A DNA stretch of 63,505 nucleotides, filler included, from Basidiobolus ranarum (GCA_040143965.1; 51 parts of 51 records of this genome joined end to end with filler, not necessarily neighbours in it), one strand, 5' to 3'. Shown: positions 21,990 through 34,924, counted from the first letter of the whole stretch. The notes: a model not told the origin generated them from the letters alone. Numbers and translations are program-made.

Positions 21990-22441
21990 CATAATCAGGA
22001 TGAGTATGTACAACATGTGTGGAAAGTCTTGTGAAACTCTAAGCAAACCAACTCAATTGGAAACTCATTAAGTGTGAATTCTTGAAGGAACAAGTGGAAC
22101 ATATATGACATGTTGTGAGAAGTTCAGTAGTAGCCATGGATCCAAGAAAAGTTGAAGTAATTCAGAATTGGAAACACACTATTATTGTATTGGAGCTCAG
22201 GTCTTTCTTGGGAATGGTTTACTATTACAGAAGATTTTTTAGAGAATTTGTCTCAATCTCTGCCCCATTGACTGAAATGCAGAAGAAGGAAAATGTCATG
22301 CCTTGGAACTGTCATTATGAGGTAGCTCTCCACTCCTGAAAGTTGGAGTAGTGAAGTTACCTACCTTGAAGATTCCAGACTTTAACTGGCCATTCATTCC
22401 CCCTAGAGATGCCTCAGAGTATGCCGCAGGAGGAGTACTTA
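21990..22441 (+). mobile_element. Ty3/Gypsy RT end/connection, degenerate
   Basis: MDPRKVEVIQNW, LRSFLGMVYYYRRF, DASEYAAGGVL. Confidence 0.8.
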
Positions 22442-22541
22442 NNNNNNNNNNNNNNNNNNNNNNNNNNNNNNNNNNNNNNNNNNNNTTAATTAATTAANNN
22501 NNNNNNNNNNNNNNNNNNNNNNNNNNNNNNNNNNNNNNNNN

Positions 22542-23691
22542 GTCTTGGCAGAAATACACTATGTGTTGGATGACATGATTGGTTAGGTTTCATGGAATGT
22601 TCCAAGGAAAATGACTTCCATATAAGGTAATCTGGATGAGCTAACACCAGATTGCCGAGAAGGGATGGCACAGCAGATATGATGTCATAATCTAATAATA
22701 GAAGAGTTCTATTTGCATTGGATCAATATGTCAAGATCAAAATCATGACACAATATTTCAAGATAATCAAAGTTGTATCAAATTAGCTAAAAATTCCACA
22801 TTTCAAAATAGAAGCAAGTATAAAGATATTAAGCATCACTTCATTAGAGAGACTATAGACAATAAGTTTATTGACTTAACTTATTGTTCTACAGAAGAAA
22901 TGATTGCTGATATATTAACCAAACCATTAGCTAGACCAAAATTTGAGAAATTTAGACCTTTCTTAGGATTAGTTTCTATGACTATTTGGTTGAGGGAGAG
23001 TGTTGAAATTAGCATTGCTTAAACACCTATACAAGGACTAGAAGTAAAGACTAGAGGCTTGGAAGCTGGACATATTGGGGTATAAACCATAAGGACAGAT
23101 AAGACAAGGCTAGATAGAGAAGGTACTTTTGCTCAAATCTTTATTGATATCAGGAGTTGATTGGACTTAAGTCTGATCAAGGAATACCAGCACCTTCAAG
23201 ATATACTCTATGAAAATTCAAGTTGAAGTAGCAGAGAGAAATTGGTAAAATCATCACTTGATCCTGATTTGGAGTTGGAATTGGGATGAAAACAGATTTC
23301 TGACTAAGTACTATGACTTGTAGCTCATCCAACATATTATCATGATTCTGATCTTGGCATACTCATTCACTGCAAGTGGCACTCTTCTATTATTAGATTA
23401 TGACGTCATATCTGCTGGCCCATCCTTTCTTGGCAGTCTTGTGTTAGTTCATCCAGGTTACCTTATATGGAAGTCATGTTCTTTGGAACATTCCATAAAA
23501 CCTAACCAATCATGTCATCCAACACATAGTGTATTTCTACCAAGACCTTACATGGAAGGTCACCTGTGTTAAAATTAGCCTTGCCTAAACACCTATATAG
23601 TCATATATAGCTTAGTACTTAGTTATCTTATAACTCACTAAGATATTATCAATTATTCTCAATTGGAATTTACTTAGGATATTTTTACCAA
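22542..23691. mobile_element. Nested LTR debris: LTR D pieces, Copia RNase H end + PPT (GAGGGAGAG) + LTR A start at 23001, second LTR A near 23566
   Basis: YCSTEEMIADILTKPL; TGTTGAAATTAGCATTG. Confidence 0.8.
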
Positions 23692-23791
23692 NNNNNNNNN
23701 NNNNNNNNNNNNNNNNNNNNNNNNNNNNNNNNNNNTTAATTAATTAANNNNNNNNNNNNNNNNNNNNNNNNNNNNNNNNNNNNNNNNNNNN

Positions 23792-24800
23792 TCTCTGAAG
23801 ATATCATTCATCATGTGTTGAAAGACTGCAGGGGCATTGGTAGGTCCAAATGGCATGACATTGTATTCAAAGTTTGCGTAGCAAGTTTGAAAGGCAGTTT
23901 TCTATTGGTCTCCTAGTTTGTTTCTTACAAGATTGTAAGCACCTCTTAGATCAATCTTTGTAAACACTTTGGCTGAAGCAAGCTGATCCAAGAGTGAGTT
24001 GATTAATGGCAAGGGGTACTGATTTTTGACTGTAAGGCTATTTAGGCCTCAATAGTTAAAACAGAGATGGAGGAATTCATCCTTTTACTTAACAAATAAA
24101 ATTGGAGAGCCTGCTGGGGACTTTGAATGTTGAATAAATCTGTTCTCCAGTTCTTATGCAATTTACTCTTTCAGAATGTTGATTTCTGGCTGGGTCAGCC
24201 CATATATAGGCCCAAACGGTGGTTGTTTTCCTTCTTGTAGATCTATAGGGCAATCAGATGGGTGGTGAGCTGGGAGTATATTAAATTTCTTCTTGTCAAT
24301 GACATCAGCAAAGGCTTGGTATTTGGGTGGGTGCTTATGAACCATAGATTTTGTTGGTTTCAGCCCTTCAGCAATATTGTCAACAGATATTGGCTTTATG
24401 GATGTTTTTAGGAGTTGGGCTGGTGATGAGTTGGATACTTTGCAGGTTAGCAAATATGATCCAGGAGGTGGAATTTGCTTTAATGTCTTAATCTTCTTCT
24501 TCCAATTGATTACTGAGTTGTGCTGCATGAGCCATGAGATACCAAGGATAACTGGGTGCTGAGGTGAAGAAATGATTTTAAAGGCTATTTCTTTTTGATC
24601 ATCAGTGGACATGAGTGTCATATGAGGTTGTCTCATGTGCTATACTTTTGTTTGGTCAGAGTGGTAGCAATGGGGTTTTAACTGGATGATGAGCTTTACT
24701 TGGTTAATAAAACCATGATAGTTTAGATGAGTGCCATCAAATGTATTTGGTAAGGAGATTTTGGGTTTAGGAGTTGTAATTGCAGTATAGTTGGGTGGAG
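23792..24800 (-). mobile_element. Ty3/Gypsy gag-protease-RT, degenerate
   Basis: [52 protein letters not shown]. Confidence 0.9.
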
Positions 24801-25069
24801 CTTGATTCTGTACTTGAGCAATAGAAGTACAAAGTCCTTGAATTTCTTGCTAAAGCTGAGGAAGAGCTTGCAAAATATCTTCCATTCTGGGGGCTGGTGT
24901 AGACATAATACTTACTATTTTGGGAGGGGGAAGTTTAAAAANNNNNNNNNNNNNNNNNNNNNNNNNNNNNNNNNNNNNNNNNNNNTTAATTAATTAANNN
25001 NNNNNNNNNNNNNNNNNNNNNNNNNNNNNNNNNNNNNNNNNAGTCCTTGTCCGGTTCCTTATTGTGACA

Positions 25070-26190
25070 GGTTTCACAGATGAGTTATCAGGAGATTTAC
25101 AAGATAGTAGCAGTGACAGATGCCAATTTTGGTTTATTATAAGCTGTTTTGAAGCAATTTGATTACACCAAGTTTACCATTTGAAAATATGAATGCCATT
25201 CAAATAGTTTTCAAAATCTAAATGAAAATCAGCTTACATGCCAAACTTGCTGGCACAAGAGGAAAAAAACAAGCAGGAACAGAGGGCTTAATTGATGAGC
25301 AGTCTAGCAATCCACTATCAACTTTGAAAGGCATTAACATGCCAGAAACTAACCCAAGTAATGATAAAGAATTATTCAATTTGCCAGATGTGTTCCTTTC
25401 CAGCAATAGTGCAAGTGAAGAGTCTGTAATCCTCCAATTACATAGTAAATCATTAGTTAATCAAAGTTCAACCAAAACACCATTAAGACCATCAACTTCC
25501 AAAATGGCTACTTTGCCCACTATTTAACAACCTTCCATAGAAATTTGGATAGAATTATTACAACAAGGAAATTGCAGACAGAACACCATGATAATTTTTA
25601 TGCAAGCATAAGTAAAAGCTATGAAGTTGCTTTACAGGCCATGACATGCAATAATGCTGCAATATTGCAATTAATGCAGCATTTGCAAGCAACTAGTAAA
25701 CAGTTCCTAACAGAAATTTAAGGATTGTTATTGTAGGAAAACCATCACAATTTTAACCCATTTGAGATTGACCATTTACTCACTGTTGTAAAACTTTTCA
25801 GTTTCAGAAGTGAGATTTTAAGATCTTGCAAAATAGTTACATATAATTGGCTATAATCTCAGAGAACTATAGATGAATGCATGTGCAAAAAACATAACCC
25901 CAATTTTACACATTTACCACTTGAATGCTAATTTGTCACTTTCAAAATTTCTAATTTCTTTGATATGCTCTCCTGAATATTTTTATAGAGTTCTTCATAC
26001 CCAAGGTTTAGCTCATATCCAACACAAGTTTGTATCAATATCTTCATCAAAGCCCACCATTGTATTAATATTGCTGAATCTGTTGAAATTAGCATTGCCT
26101 AAGCACCTATATAGTCATATATAGCTTAGTACTTAGTTATCTTGTAATTCACTAAGATATTATCAATTATTCTCAATTGGAATTTACTTA
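25070..26190 (+). mobile_element. CMC ORF1 fragment interrupted by CMC left end (25705), then LTR A
   Basis: ORF1 peptides; (T)CCTAACAGAAATTTAAGG; TGTTGAAATTAGCATTG. Confidence 0.75.
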
Positions 26191-26290
26191 NNNNNNNNNN
26201 NNNNNNNNNNNNNNNNNNNNNNNNNNNNNNNNNNTTAATTAATTAANNNNNNNNNNNNNNNNNNNNNNNNNNNNNNNNNNNNNNNNNNNN

Positions 26291-27439
26291 ACTAGCCCAA
26301 TTGCCATTTGCTTGCAAAAACCCAGGATAAGCCACATGAAATAAGTCAAGAACCTTCAGAGTAATGCCTGGTTTTTGGTTTTTCCACAATTGGCTCAAAT
26401 CCAGGTGATTTTGGGCAAGATTCTGCACAGTTTCCAAAATGTTAAACCACTCATCATCAGAGCAAGTGATGGCAGCTCTGTCATTAAGAGTTTTTTGGTT
26501 TGCTGGTTTTCCTATGAGATTTCTACTTTCATGTGCCCAAGCAATTTTGGGTTGTTGTTTAGGCTTAATGGTCAGATACATATTCTGCTCTGCTAGATTG
26601 TCATTGTGACTTTCATATGTATGGTGTGGGATTGATTGAAATCCCATATGAGAATGGGTGGAGATATCAGCATGTTGCTGTAGCTTAAGTACACCATTCT
26701 GTAGGTCTTGTATTGTTGTTGAGTGACTCTCCAACTGTTGATTAGTTGCTTTTGAGCACTGCATTACTTGCAATATTAAGGCATTTTTGCTTGTCATGGC
26801 CTGTATAGCAATTATGTAGTTTTTACTTATGATTGCATACAAATCATTACGGTGTTCTGCCTGCAACTCCCTTGTTGTAATACTTCTATCCAAATGTTCT
26901 ACAGAGGGTTGTTCCACAGTCAGCAAAGTAGCCATTTTTGAAGTTGATGGTCTTGATAATGTTTTGGTTGAACTTTGCTCAACCATTGATTATTTATGTA
27001 AATGGGGGATTACAATCTCTTCACTTGTACTATTGCTGGAAAGGAACACATCTGGTAAACTGATTAATGCTTCATCATTACTTGAGTTAGTTTCTGGCAT
27101 GTTAATGCCTTCCAAAGTAGATAGTGGAGCACTAGACTGCTCATCCATTAAGTCCTCTGTTCTTGCTGGTTTTTTTCCTTTTGTGCCAGCAGGCTTTGGC
27201 TTGGAAGCTGATTTTGATTTAGATTTTGAATGCTTTTTAATGGCATTTAAACTTTCAGATGGTAAACTTAGTGTAATGAAATTGCTTTGAAACAGCTTAT
27301 AATAAACCATAATTGCCATCCATTACTGGAAATATCTTTAAATACCCTAATGACTCATCTGTGACACCATCTCAGAATCTGCTGAAGATATTGATGGGCT
27401 ATACCTAAAATACCACCCTTACATAAGAGGTGTTCTTTT
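26291..27439 (-). mobile_element. CMC ORF1, longest copy
   Basis: Two consecutive ORFs split by one stop: basic N-terminus, coiled coil, DDEWFNIL...LWKNQ...F...YPGF...NGNWA. Confidence 0.75.
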
Positions 27440-27539
27440 NNNNNNNNNNNNNNNNNNNNNNNNNNNNNNNNNNNNNNNNNNNNTTAATTAATTAANNNNN
27501 NNNNNNNNNNNNNNNNNNNNNNNNNNNNNNNNNNNNNNN

Positions 27540-28688
27540 GTTAGGGGATTGAGATAAGCAGTATTATTGTTTTAGCCATGGGATAATCAATTCAAGCAAT
27601 GACACATCTACCTGTGGCAGGACATTTGTTGACTGCAAGTTGGGGATGTATTGGCTAAATTCTTTACAGAAATTTGCCAAAATCCAAGAGCTTATTCTCA
27701 TTGTGAACAGTAACAAGAGTCAGCTATTAGCCAAGTGTCAGTGGTATATGAATTTCAGATGTTTAGCAATTATTCCACCATTAGTTTGCTAATAAAACAT
27801 TTTGATATTGTTGAGTTATGTCTGATCAGTCAATTATGTGCAAATGTAGAGACTAAGCACACCAAGATTCTTGTACTTTTTGACTCTCATTATGGCTGAA
27901 ATACAAAGCCTAAAATATCTTAAAAAAGGCAGGCATATTAATACAAATTCCTACAGCTTAAAACCAGTAATTTGCCATTCAAAAATTATATTTTTGCAAA
28001 AATTGCCGGAAATTAAATAACGCATGCCAAATATGAGGAACAATATTTTAACATATATGAATATCATCAAGATACTATCAAGAAGCTGCCATTGCACCAT
28101 CAAAATCACTAGCAGAATGCAAGCCACTGATATTGTGATAGTTCTCTGACAGTATTGCAATTCCTATGAGTGGATCCAATCCAGATCAAATTGAGAACCA
28201 TCACATTACTGGTGGCTTGCATTCTGCCTGGGATTTTGATGGTGTGATGGCGGTTTCTTAATGGTATTCATACATGCTAGAATATTGATTCTCAAATTTG
28301 GCATGCAATATTCAATATCCCACAATTTTTGCCAAAATATAATTTTCAAATTGCAAATTAGTGGGTTTACTGCTGTAGGAATTCAAATTAATATGTATAC
28401 CTTTATTTAGATATTTTAGGCTTTGTATTCCAGCCATAATGAGAATCAAAAGATATAAGTGTCTTGTTGTGTTTAGTCTCTACATATGCACATACTTGAT
28501 TGATTAGACATAACTCAACAACATCAATATGCTTTACCAGCAAACTAATGGTGGAAAAATTGCTAAACATCTGAAATTTTGAATAGCACTGACACTTGAC
28601 AAATAGCTGACTCTTGTTACCATTCACAATGAGAATAAGCTCTTGGATTTTGGCAAATTTCCGTAAAGAATTCAGCCAATATATCCCC
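27540..28688. mobile_element. Two CMC right-end regions joined tail-to-tail (inverted, junction near 28190)
   Basis: 27640-28150 is the reverse complement of 28195-28688 with divergence; both match 60584-61025. Confidence 0.8.
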
Positions 28689-30037
28689 NNNNNNNNNNNN
28701 NNNNNNNNNNNNNNNNNNNNNNNNNNNNNNNNTTAATTAATTAANNNNNNNNNNNNNNNNNNNNNNNNNNNNNNNNNNNNNNNNNNNNCTTTTAAGGATG
28801 ATTTCCAACAAAATCAAGAAGAATCGAACAGCCATAACCTTAGGGGGATGAAAAGCACCAGGTGGTGTGGACTTTATTTAGCTTATATGCTAATCTAAAC
28901 AAAGTGACAATGAAGACATCAATCTTTTAAGATATTGTGACAAAACTGGATCATATCCATACTTAAATTGATGACCAATGTAATCCAGTTCTGAGGATGT
29001 AAATATAGTGTTAAGGGGTACAGGTAGTAAGCAGAATAGAAAATAGTCAGTACAAACCAAATGGACAATAGGACAAACACCTGGAATAATGGGGATCAAA
29101 AAAGGTGTCTTGGAGGTAAGATATTGCTTCCCAAGATCTAGCTGGAAGTCTACAGCAACAATTTGAGCTGTTTTGTTTCATGTAGTTGTCATCCTAATTT
29201 GGAAACAAGAGAGTCATTGTGTATCAGAGGGTTTGGGGGACACAGTCACCAACAAGTGAAATCTTTATTTCCAACAAAACTAAGAAGTCATAACTACTTT
29301 TGTAGTTTCTTAAATAAAGTGTGAAGTTCTGAAGTATTGGTGTCAATGTTGCAATGTAGCAAGGTTAAGTCAGTAGAGTCTAAGACACTATTTAGTAGAG
29401 TGGGAGGGAGTAGTTAAGGTAAAAATAGTTTGTCAACAATTGAAATAAGTGGAATGAGGCTAGGATTAACATAAAGCATAAAGGGAGTGTATTTCTGAGA
29501 TATTGCTGCCAAAGCTCCACCAAATATTCCTTGAAGGCAAGGGAGGGTTTCTCAGCTTGTTCTATAAAGGAAGCAAATTTTCTGACATCAGGATCTCCTA
29601 GCAGTATTCTCTGGCAGGAAAAAGAAGCAGAGAAGTGGGAACCTCTCTAGGACATAATCAGAAGGCTCTGACTCTTGCAAATCCTGATGCACAGTCTAGC
29701 CTTCAGGTAGAGTATTCTAAAACTCTATGGAAGTAATTCAAAGGCACCAAGAATGGCATGTCTGTAAGCACACTCAGGCAGCTGGGAAACTAGGGAGTTA
29801 GGGGGGAGACAGTCACCAACAGGTGGAATCTTTATTTCAAACAAAACAAAGAAGCCATAACTACTTTTGTAGTTTCTTAGCTAATGTATGGAGATCAGGA
29901 GTATTGGTATGAATGTTGCAAAGCAGAAAAGTTAAGTNNNNNNNNNNNNNNNNNNNNNNNNNNNNNNNNNNNNNNNNNNNNTTAATTAATTAANNNNNNN
30001 NNNNNNNNNNNNNNNNNNNNNNNNNNNNNNNNNNNNN

Positions 30038-31184
30038 GTACTTAGTTATCTCATAATTCACTAAGATATTTTCCATTGTTCTCAGTTGGAATTTACTTGG
30101 AATAATTTTACCAACTTTGAAGTTCTCAGATATATATATATTTCAAACTTGTGCTAGAAGTCCCAACCTTTGCACACAAGTTGCTGAGCCCTTCCTTAAC
30201 ACATTCTACACATTAGTGTGCTTACATCATGACAAAACTATAAATGTCAACTTTCTAGTCAATAAATCTATAAGTGAAAACCGCCAATTCCTCTAATTCT
30301 CCAAACCACTTCCAACAGGTTTGCAAATACTTTAACACAGGTACAGTAGTTTGTTGTTTAATTCCCTGTTTGGAACAAAAACTAGTATAGTCTTTGGAGC
30401 AGTATTCTCAATCATTACAACTCTTTAGTACCCTTATTTTTTGTGCTCATTCTTTCTCAACCATTGCTTTGTAGTGCTTGAATGTAGCTAAGGCTTCAGA
30501 TTTAGATTTGAGAAAGAATACCCAAGTATAACTTGTGTAGTCACCAATAAAGGACATAATGAACCTTTTTCAACCTAGAGAATATTTTTCATGGGCCAAC
30601 TTAGATCAGAATAAATCAGGGCAAAATTCTAGTGGATTTGATCTCTCCAGAGCTTGAAAATGGCTGTCTGTGATGTTTTCCATAAATGCAACCTTCACAC
30701 AGATCCAATTTAGTGATATTTTCAATATTTAAGCCTGAAACAAGCTGATTTCAGATCATTTGGATCAGTTATTGCTCCCCAATGTGGCCTAATCTTTCAT
30801 GCCATCTTTGACAGCTTATTTCACCGGTTTTGGCCAAGTTTGCATGCTCAAAATGCAATTTGCTGATTTGTAGCTTGTATAAGTTTTGACTTTTGATGCC
30901 AATAGATTCTTTGGTGTTATTCTGATGTGTTATAGTGTATCCAGCCTTGCTGAACATGAAACACAGTCCTTGAGTTATTTCTAGGCTTACACAGAGTAGA
31001 TTCTTGGCTATATTTGCTACATAGAGTACATCATCCTATTTTGCAGATGGTGTAGCTGAATTTTGGTGCAAACTGTGATAAAAGTGTTTAGGGGATTTGG
31101 AAGTGTTTTGGACAAGATTTGGATTTGTGAATTAGACACTTAAGTTTTATTGAATTGAATATGTCCTATATATAGTTTACTATG
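30038..31184. mobile_element. LTR A (+, ends 30337) inserted in Copia integrase (-); LTR B piece at the end
   Basis: WHERLGHI GAG-pre-integrase motif, TSYTWVFFLKSKSEA. Confidence 0.85.
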
Positions 31185-31743
31185 NNNNNNNNNNNNNNNN
31201 NNNNNNNNNNNNNNNNNNNNNNNNNNNNTTAATTAATTAANNNNNNNNNNNNNNNNNNNNNNNNNNNNNNNNNNNNNNNNNNNNATCATTAAGTCGAGCT
31301 AAGTATACTAAAATAGGTAAACTATCATTTATTCAACCCTACTATAGCCAGCATGCGCAGCTAGTACTGGCCAACCTTTGTCTATTCTTGGGAAGCATGA
31401 AACACGAATTAGCAGTAACTATAATCTCTAGATCAAAACCAGCCACTTATAATAATGTACATTGCTTCAAGTCTATTGGACTAAGCAATTCGGATCATAA
31501 TTGGTTTACTCATCACCGTGTCCTATATTTCCACAAATCTCTTCTTAATGCTACATCGGATTGAACCTTGATTCGTTAAAATATTTTGACAATAATTGAA
31601 ATGTTTAGTATTGGTAACCACAGAAGTCACTCTTATGGTTCTCCAAATTGGTACTGTTTTCAGAATGGAAAAGAGTGAACTGGGATCCTGGAGTAACTTT
31701 AAGCGATTATCATTACATGTGGAAAGAGTGGGCAAGAAAAATG

Positions 31744-31750
31744 TATAAAA
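31744..31750 (+). promoter_or_regulatory. Putative TATA box of the CHAP gene
   Basis: TATAAAA about 70 nt upstream of ATG 31818. Confidence 0.45.
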
Positions 31751-31817
31751 CGACAGTGGAAGCTCAATTACAAATCAGAACTGGTCTACTATTAGAAACA
31801 TATCCTTAAACATCAAA

Positions 31818-32357
31818 ATGGTCAATCTTACACCTGCTTTATCATGCGTGTTCCTCACAGCCGCCACTTTCATAGCCTCTTCTGTTAATGCCCTACCAAG
31901 TCACAATACAGTTGCTGCTCCTAATTCTTCAAACCAAATCGAGGTAGCTAGCATATCCAGTAAACTCGCTAATATCAGCGTGCTAGCCTCTTGCTCTCGC
32001 AGCTTCCGCTTCAACAATGGCCAATGTACCGACTGGGCTGATGCCCGCTACTATGAGCTCACTTGCCAGCATACGGAGTGGTGGGGTGATGCTCGCACCT
32101 GGCCCAACAGTGCCCGCAATGTCAACGGATGGGTTGTCTCTAGTCAACCACGCGTTCCCTCCATCATTGTCATTCAGCCAGGCTATCAAGGCTGTGGATC
32201 AACCGGTCATGTCGCCGTTGTAGAGCGTATAAACAACGATGGAAGTGTGTACACCAGCAACTGGAACTACAAGTTCAACGGACAAGGTGGAGTTTATTCT
32301 ACATCCTATGGAAACTTCAATACTGGCAGTGGTGTATCCTTCCTCTGGCATCAATAG
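31818..32357 (+). CDS. Secreted CHAP-domain protein (putative peptidoglycan amidase/endopeptidase)
   Basis: Signal peptide; GQCTDWA (catalytic Cys), WWGDARTW, GHVAVVE (catalytic His), SNWN; intact, intronless; AATAAA about 12 nt after the stop. Confidence 0.92.
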   Translation: MVNLTPALSCVFLTAATFIASSVNALPSHNTVAAPNSSNQIEVASISSKLANISVLASCSRSFRFNNGQCTDWADARYYELTCQHTEWWGDARTWPNSARNVNGWVVSSQPRVPSIIVIQPGYQGCGSTGHVAVVERINNDGSVYTSNWNYKFNGQGGVYSTSYGNFNTGSGVSFLWHQ

Positions 32358-32580
32358 AGTCATTGTTAAATAAAAAAGAAATTCAGAGTAGACGAACTAT
32401 CTGCTGTGCAGATGTTCAAATTTCACAAATANNNNNNNNNNNNNNNNNNNNNNNNNNNNNNNNNNNNNNNNNNNNTTAATTAATTAANNNNNNNNNNNNN
32501 NNNNNNNNNNNNNNNNNNNNNNNNNNNNNNNAGTAAGTTGTAAATCAGGAAGAATCTGCTTTGAAATGATATGTGACTTT

Positions 32581-32959
32581 TATTGGGAAAATATGGGCTG
32601 TTTGGAGGAACTTTAGAAAAGTGGAGTTGTGAATAGCTTTGGGAGATAATTATTTATTGTCCAGAAATACAGCATTTATACATTTTGATGGAAATACAGA
32701 AAACTAACACTGGTGTTGTGTTGAGAACATTTGTAGGAGTAAAATGAGCTATCCTTGGGGCAGTTTTGACAAGTTTGAAATTTCCAATATGTAATTGCTA
32801 ATTCTCACATTATTCACATATATATATAATATATGTTCCAATTTTTTAGCTAAGTGATATTTGACTAAGTAATGTTAACTAACATATATGTGATATATGA
32901 AATAGTTAGGTGTATAAAGAGAGAGATAACATATATGATAAAGACAATAAACTTCAACA
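32581..32959 (-). mobile_element. Copia family C solo LTR with 5-bp TSD ACTTT
   Basis: ACTTT at 32576-32580 and 32960-32964; TGTTGAAG...CCCAATA ends; homologous to 52551-52926. Confidence 0.9.
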
Positions 32960-33479
32960 ACTTTCATATACTTCTCTGATACTATATTTCAGAGGTTTCA
33001 TTTGGAACTTGAAATCTGTTTATATTCTTGGTTACAATGTGAAAGTTGACTTGCTATAGGGTCATCAATCATAATTTGTTCCACATTGAGCTAAATCAAC
33101 ATGTTTGTGTAATAAATTGATTCAGATGAAAATATGAATAACTTTGTTGATACTGTTTATTGTATTATGTCCATGTAAGTGTGCATAATTAAGATTGTTT
33201 GCATAATTCATGCAAATAATAGTTTCATTAAACAGAATGTGGAGAATCTAACCATGATAAAAAAAATTCTCCAATATAAATTATTTACACACTAGATCAA
33301 TCCATATTATGCCAGCTTAATTGCAATTTTTATTGTGCTCTTCATTTACTCTAAATGGGCATTGCTCATTAGTCATTACTTCCATACCAAGCTTGATAAG
33401 GTGTCATACCCAATCCAGACCTAGAAGGACATCTATTCCTAATATATACTGCAGTTGCAACCAATTTAGCCCAGAACTA

Positions 33480-33678
33480 TTTTGGTAAATCTTGATCATG
33501 AAGCATTGATCTTGCCTTTTCCATTATTGATCTGTTTGCACATTCTGCTACTCCATTCTGCTGTGGAGAATATGGCACTGTAGTCTGCTGTTTTATCCCA
33601 TGTGTTGAGCAGAAGTTAGAGAAGAGTTTTGAGGTATATTCCCCTCCATTATCAGTACGGATAATCTTAATCTTTAGA
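33480..33678 (-). mobile_element. Copia integrase core fragment
   Basis: IRTDNGGEY...PYSPQQNGVAE. Confidence 0.9.
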
Positions 33679-33778
33679 NNNNNNNNNNNNNNNNNNNNNN
33701 NNNNNNNNNNNNNNNNNNNNNNTTAATTAATTAANNNNNNNNNNNNNNNNNNNNNNNNNNNNNNNNNNNNNNNNNNNN

Positions 33779-34924
33779 CCATGCTGTACCAGCAAACTGA
33801 TGGTGGAAAAATTGCTAAACATCTAAAATCTAGAGTAGCACTGACACTTGTTAATATTGACAATGAGAATAAGCTTATGGATTTTGGCAAATTTCCATAC
33901 AGAATTCAGCCAAAATATCCCAACTTACAGTCAGCAAATGTCTTGCCACAAATACATGGGTTATTGCTTGAATGGATTACCTCATGGCTAAAGCAATAAT
34001 CCTGCATATCTCAATCTATCTCACCAAGAAGTCTGTCTTGCAGCTTTCCTGGAAATGCCATCACATTATCACATGAGCAAAATAGTCCTAATTATAGAGG
34101 TACTTACTCTGTAACTATGGATTGGATTTTGTTGCAGTTGTTGTGCTCAAACAAGCAAAAACTCATGGGAACATTGAAAAGAATCCTGTGTTGGAAGGTT
34201 AAGATAGTCTGGAGTCTCCTTAACCCATTGTATTACATCCATCACTGATTTTGCTGCTACATTGTTATTCACATTAGCATACTGTAATACTGACAAATTC
34301 ACACAGAGCATCATTTCACCACAGGTGTGCTCCATTGGGAACTCCTAGAAAGTATATCAAGGGCCTATAATCCCTAAGCAATGTGAAAGATGCAGCAGGG
34401 AATGTATTGAATACTGGTATAGATTTAGTCTTTCTTCTTCAAACCTGAAATAATGTTTTTCATATCCATTTACAAAATCTTCACATAGTTGCTGTATCTG
34501 CCTGAGATCATCCAATGTGAGTTGTTGCTGTAAGAATATATTAACAATATCCACAAACAACTCCCAATGTTGCCGATACTTATCAGGCAGAAATCTTCTC
34601 AAGATTCCACTTGAATATATACAAATCCAATACTGCTGGTCTTTGCATTTGAATAAACACCTAGATGAGTGGATATTGATGGGAGTCCTTGTGAAATGTG
34701 ATGGTATCTTGACATTTTCAAGAATTTTCCCAATTGATTCAAACTTTGATCCTATCTTGAATGGCTCATTCAGATTGAATTTTCCACTATACAGCTGGGT
34801 AAGTAGTATTGGAATGTTATTGAATAGTAAGTGCATAGGGGCTAATGGGAAGCTCTGGCTGCAGCTGATCCCCTTTAGCAATATAATCTTAGGCTTACAG
34901 CTAATACCAAGTATGATGTTAACT
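33779..34924 (-). mobile_element. CMC/CACTA transposase C-terminal half, degenerate
   Basis: PLAPMHLLFNN, IPSHFTRTP, YSIHSLLHL, FPMEHTCG. Confidence 0.87.

Noticed and set aside
25873-26124. ORFs ending LLKLALPKHLYSHI (also 5706-5993 and the end of 55444-55998)
   Set aside because: The shared tail is read-through into LTR A, not a protein motif
31983-32223. Two small ORFs overlapping the CHAP gene
   Set aside because: Shadow frames with no motifs
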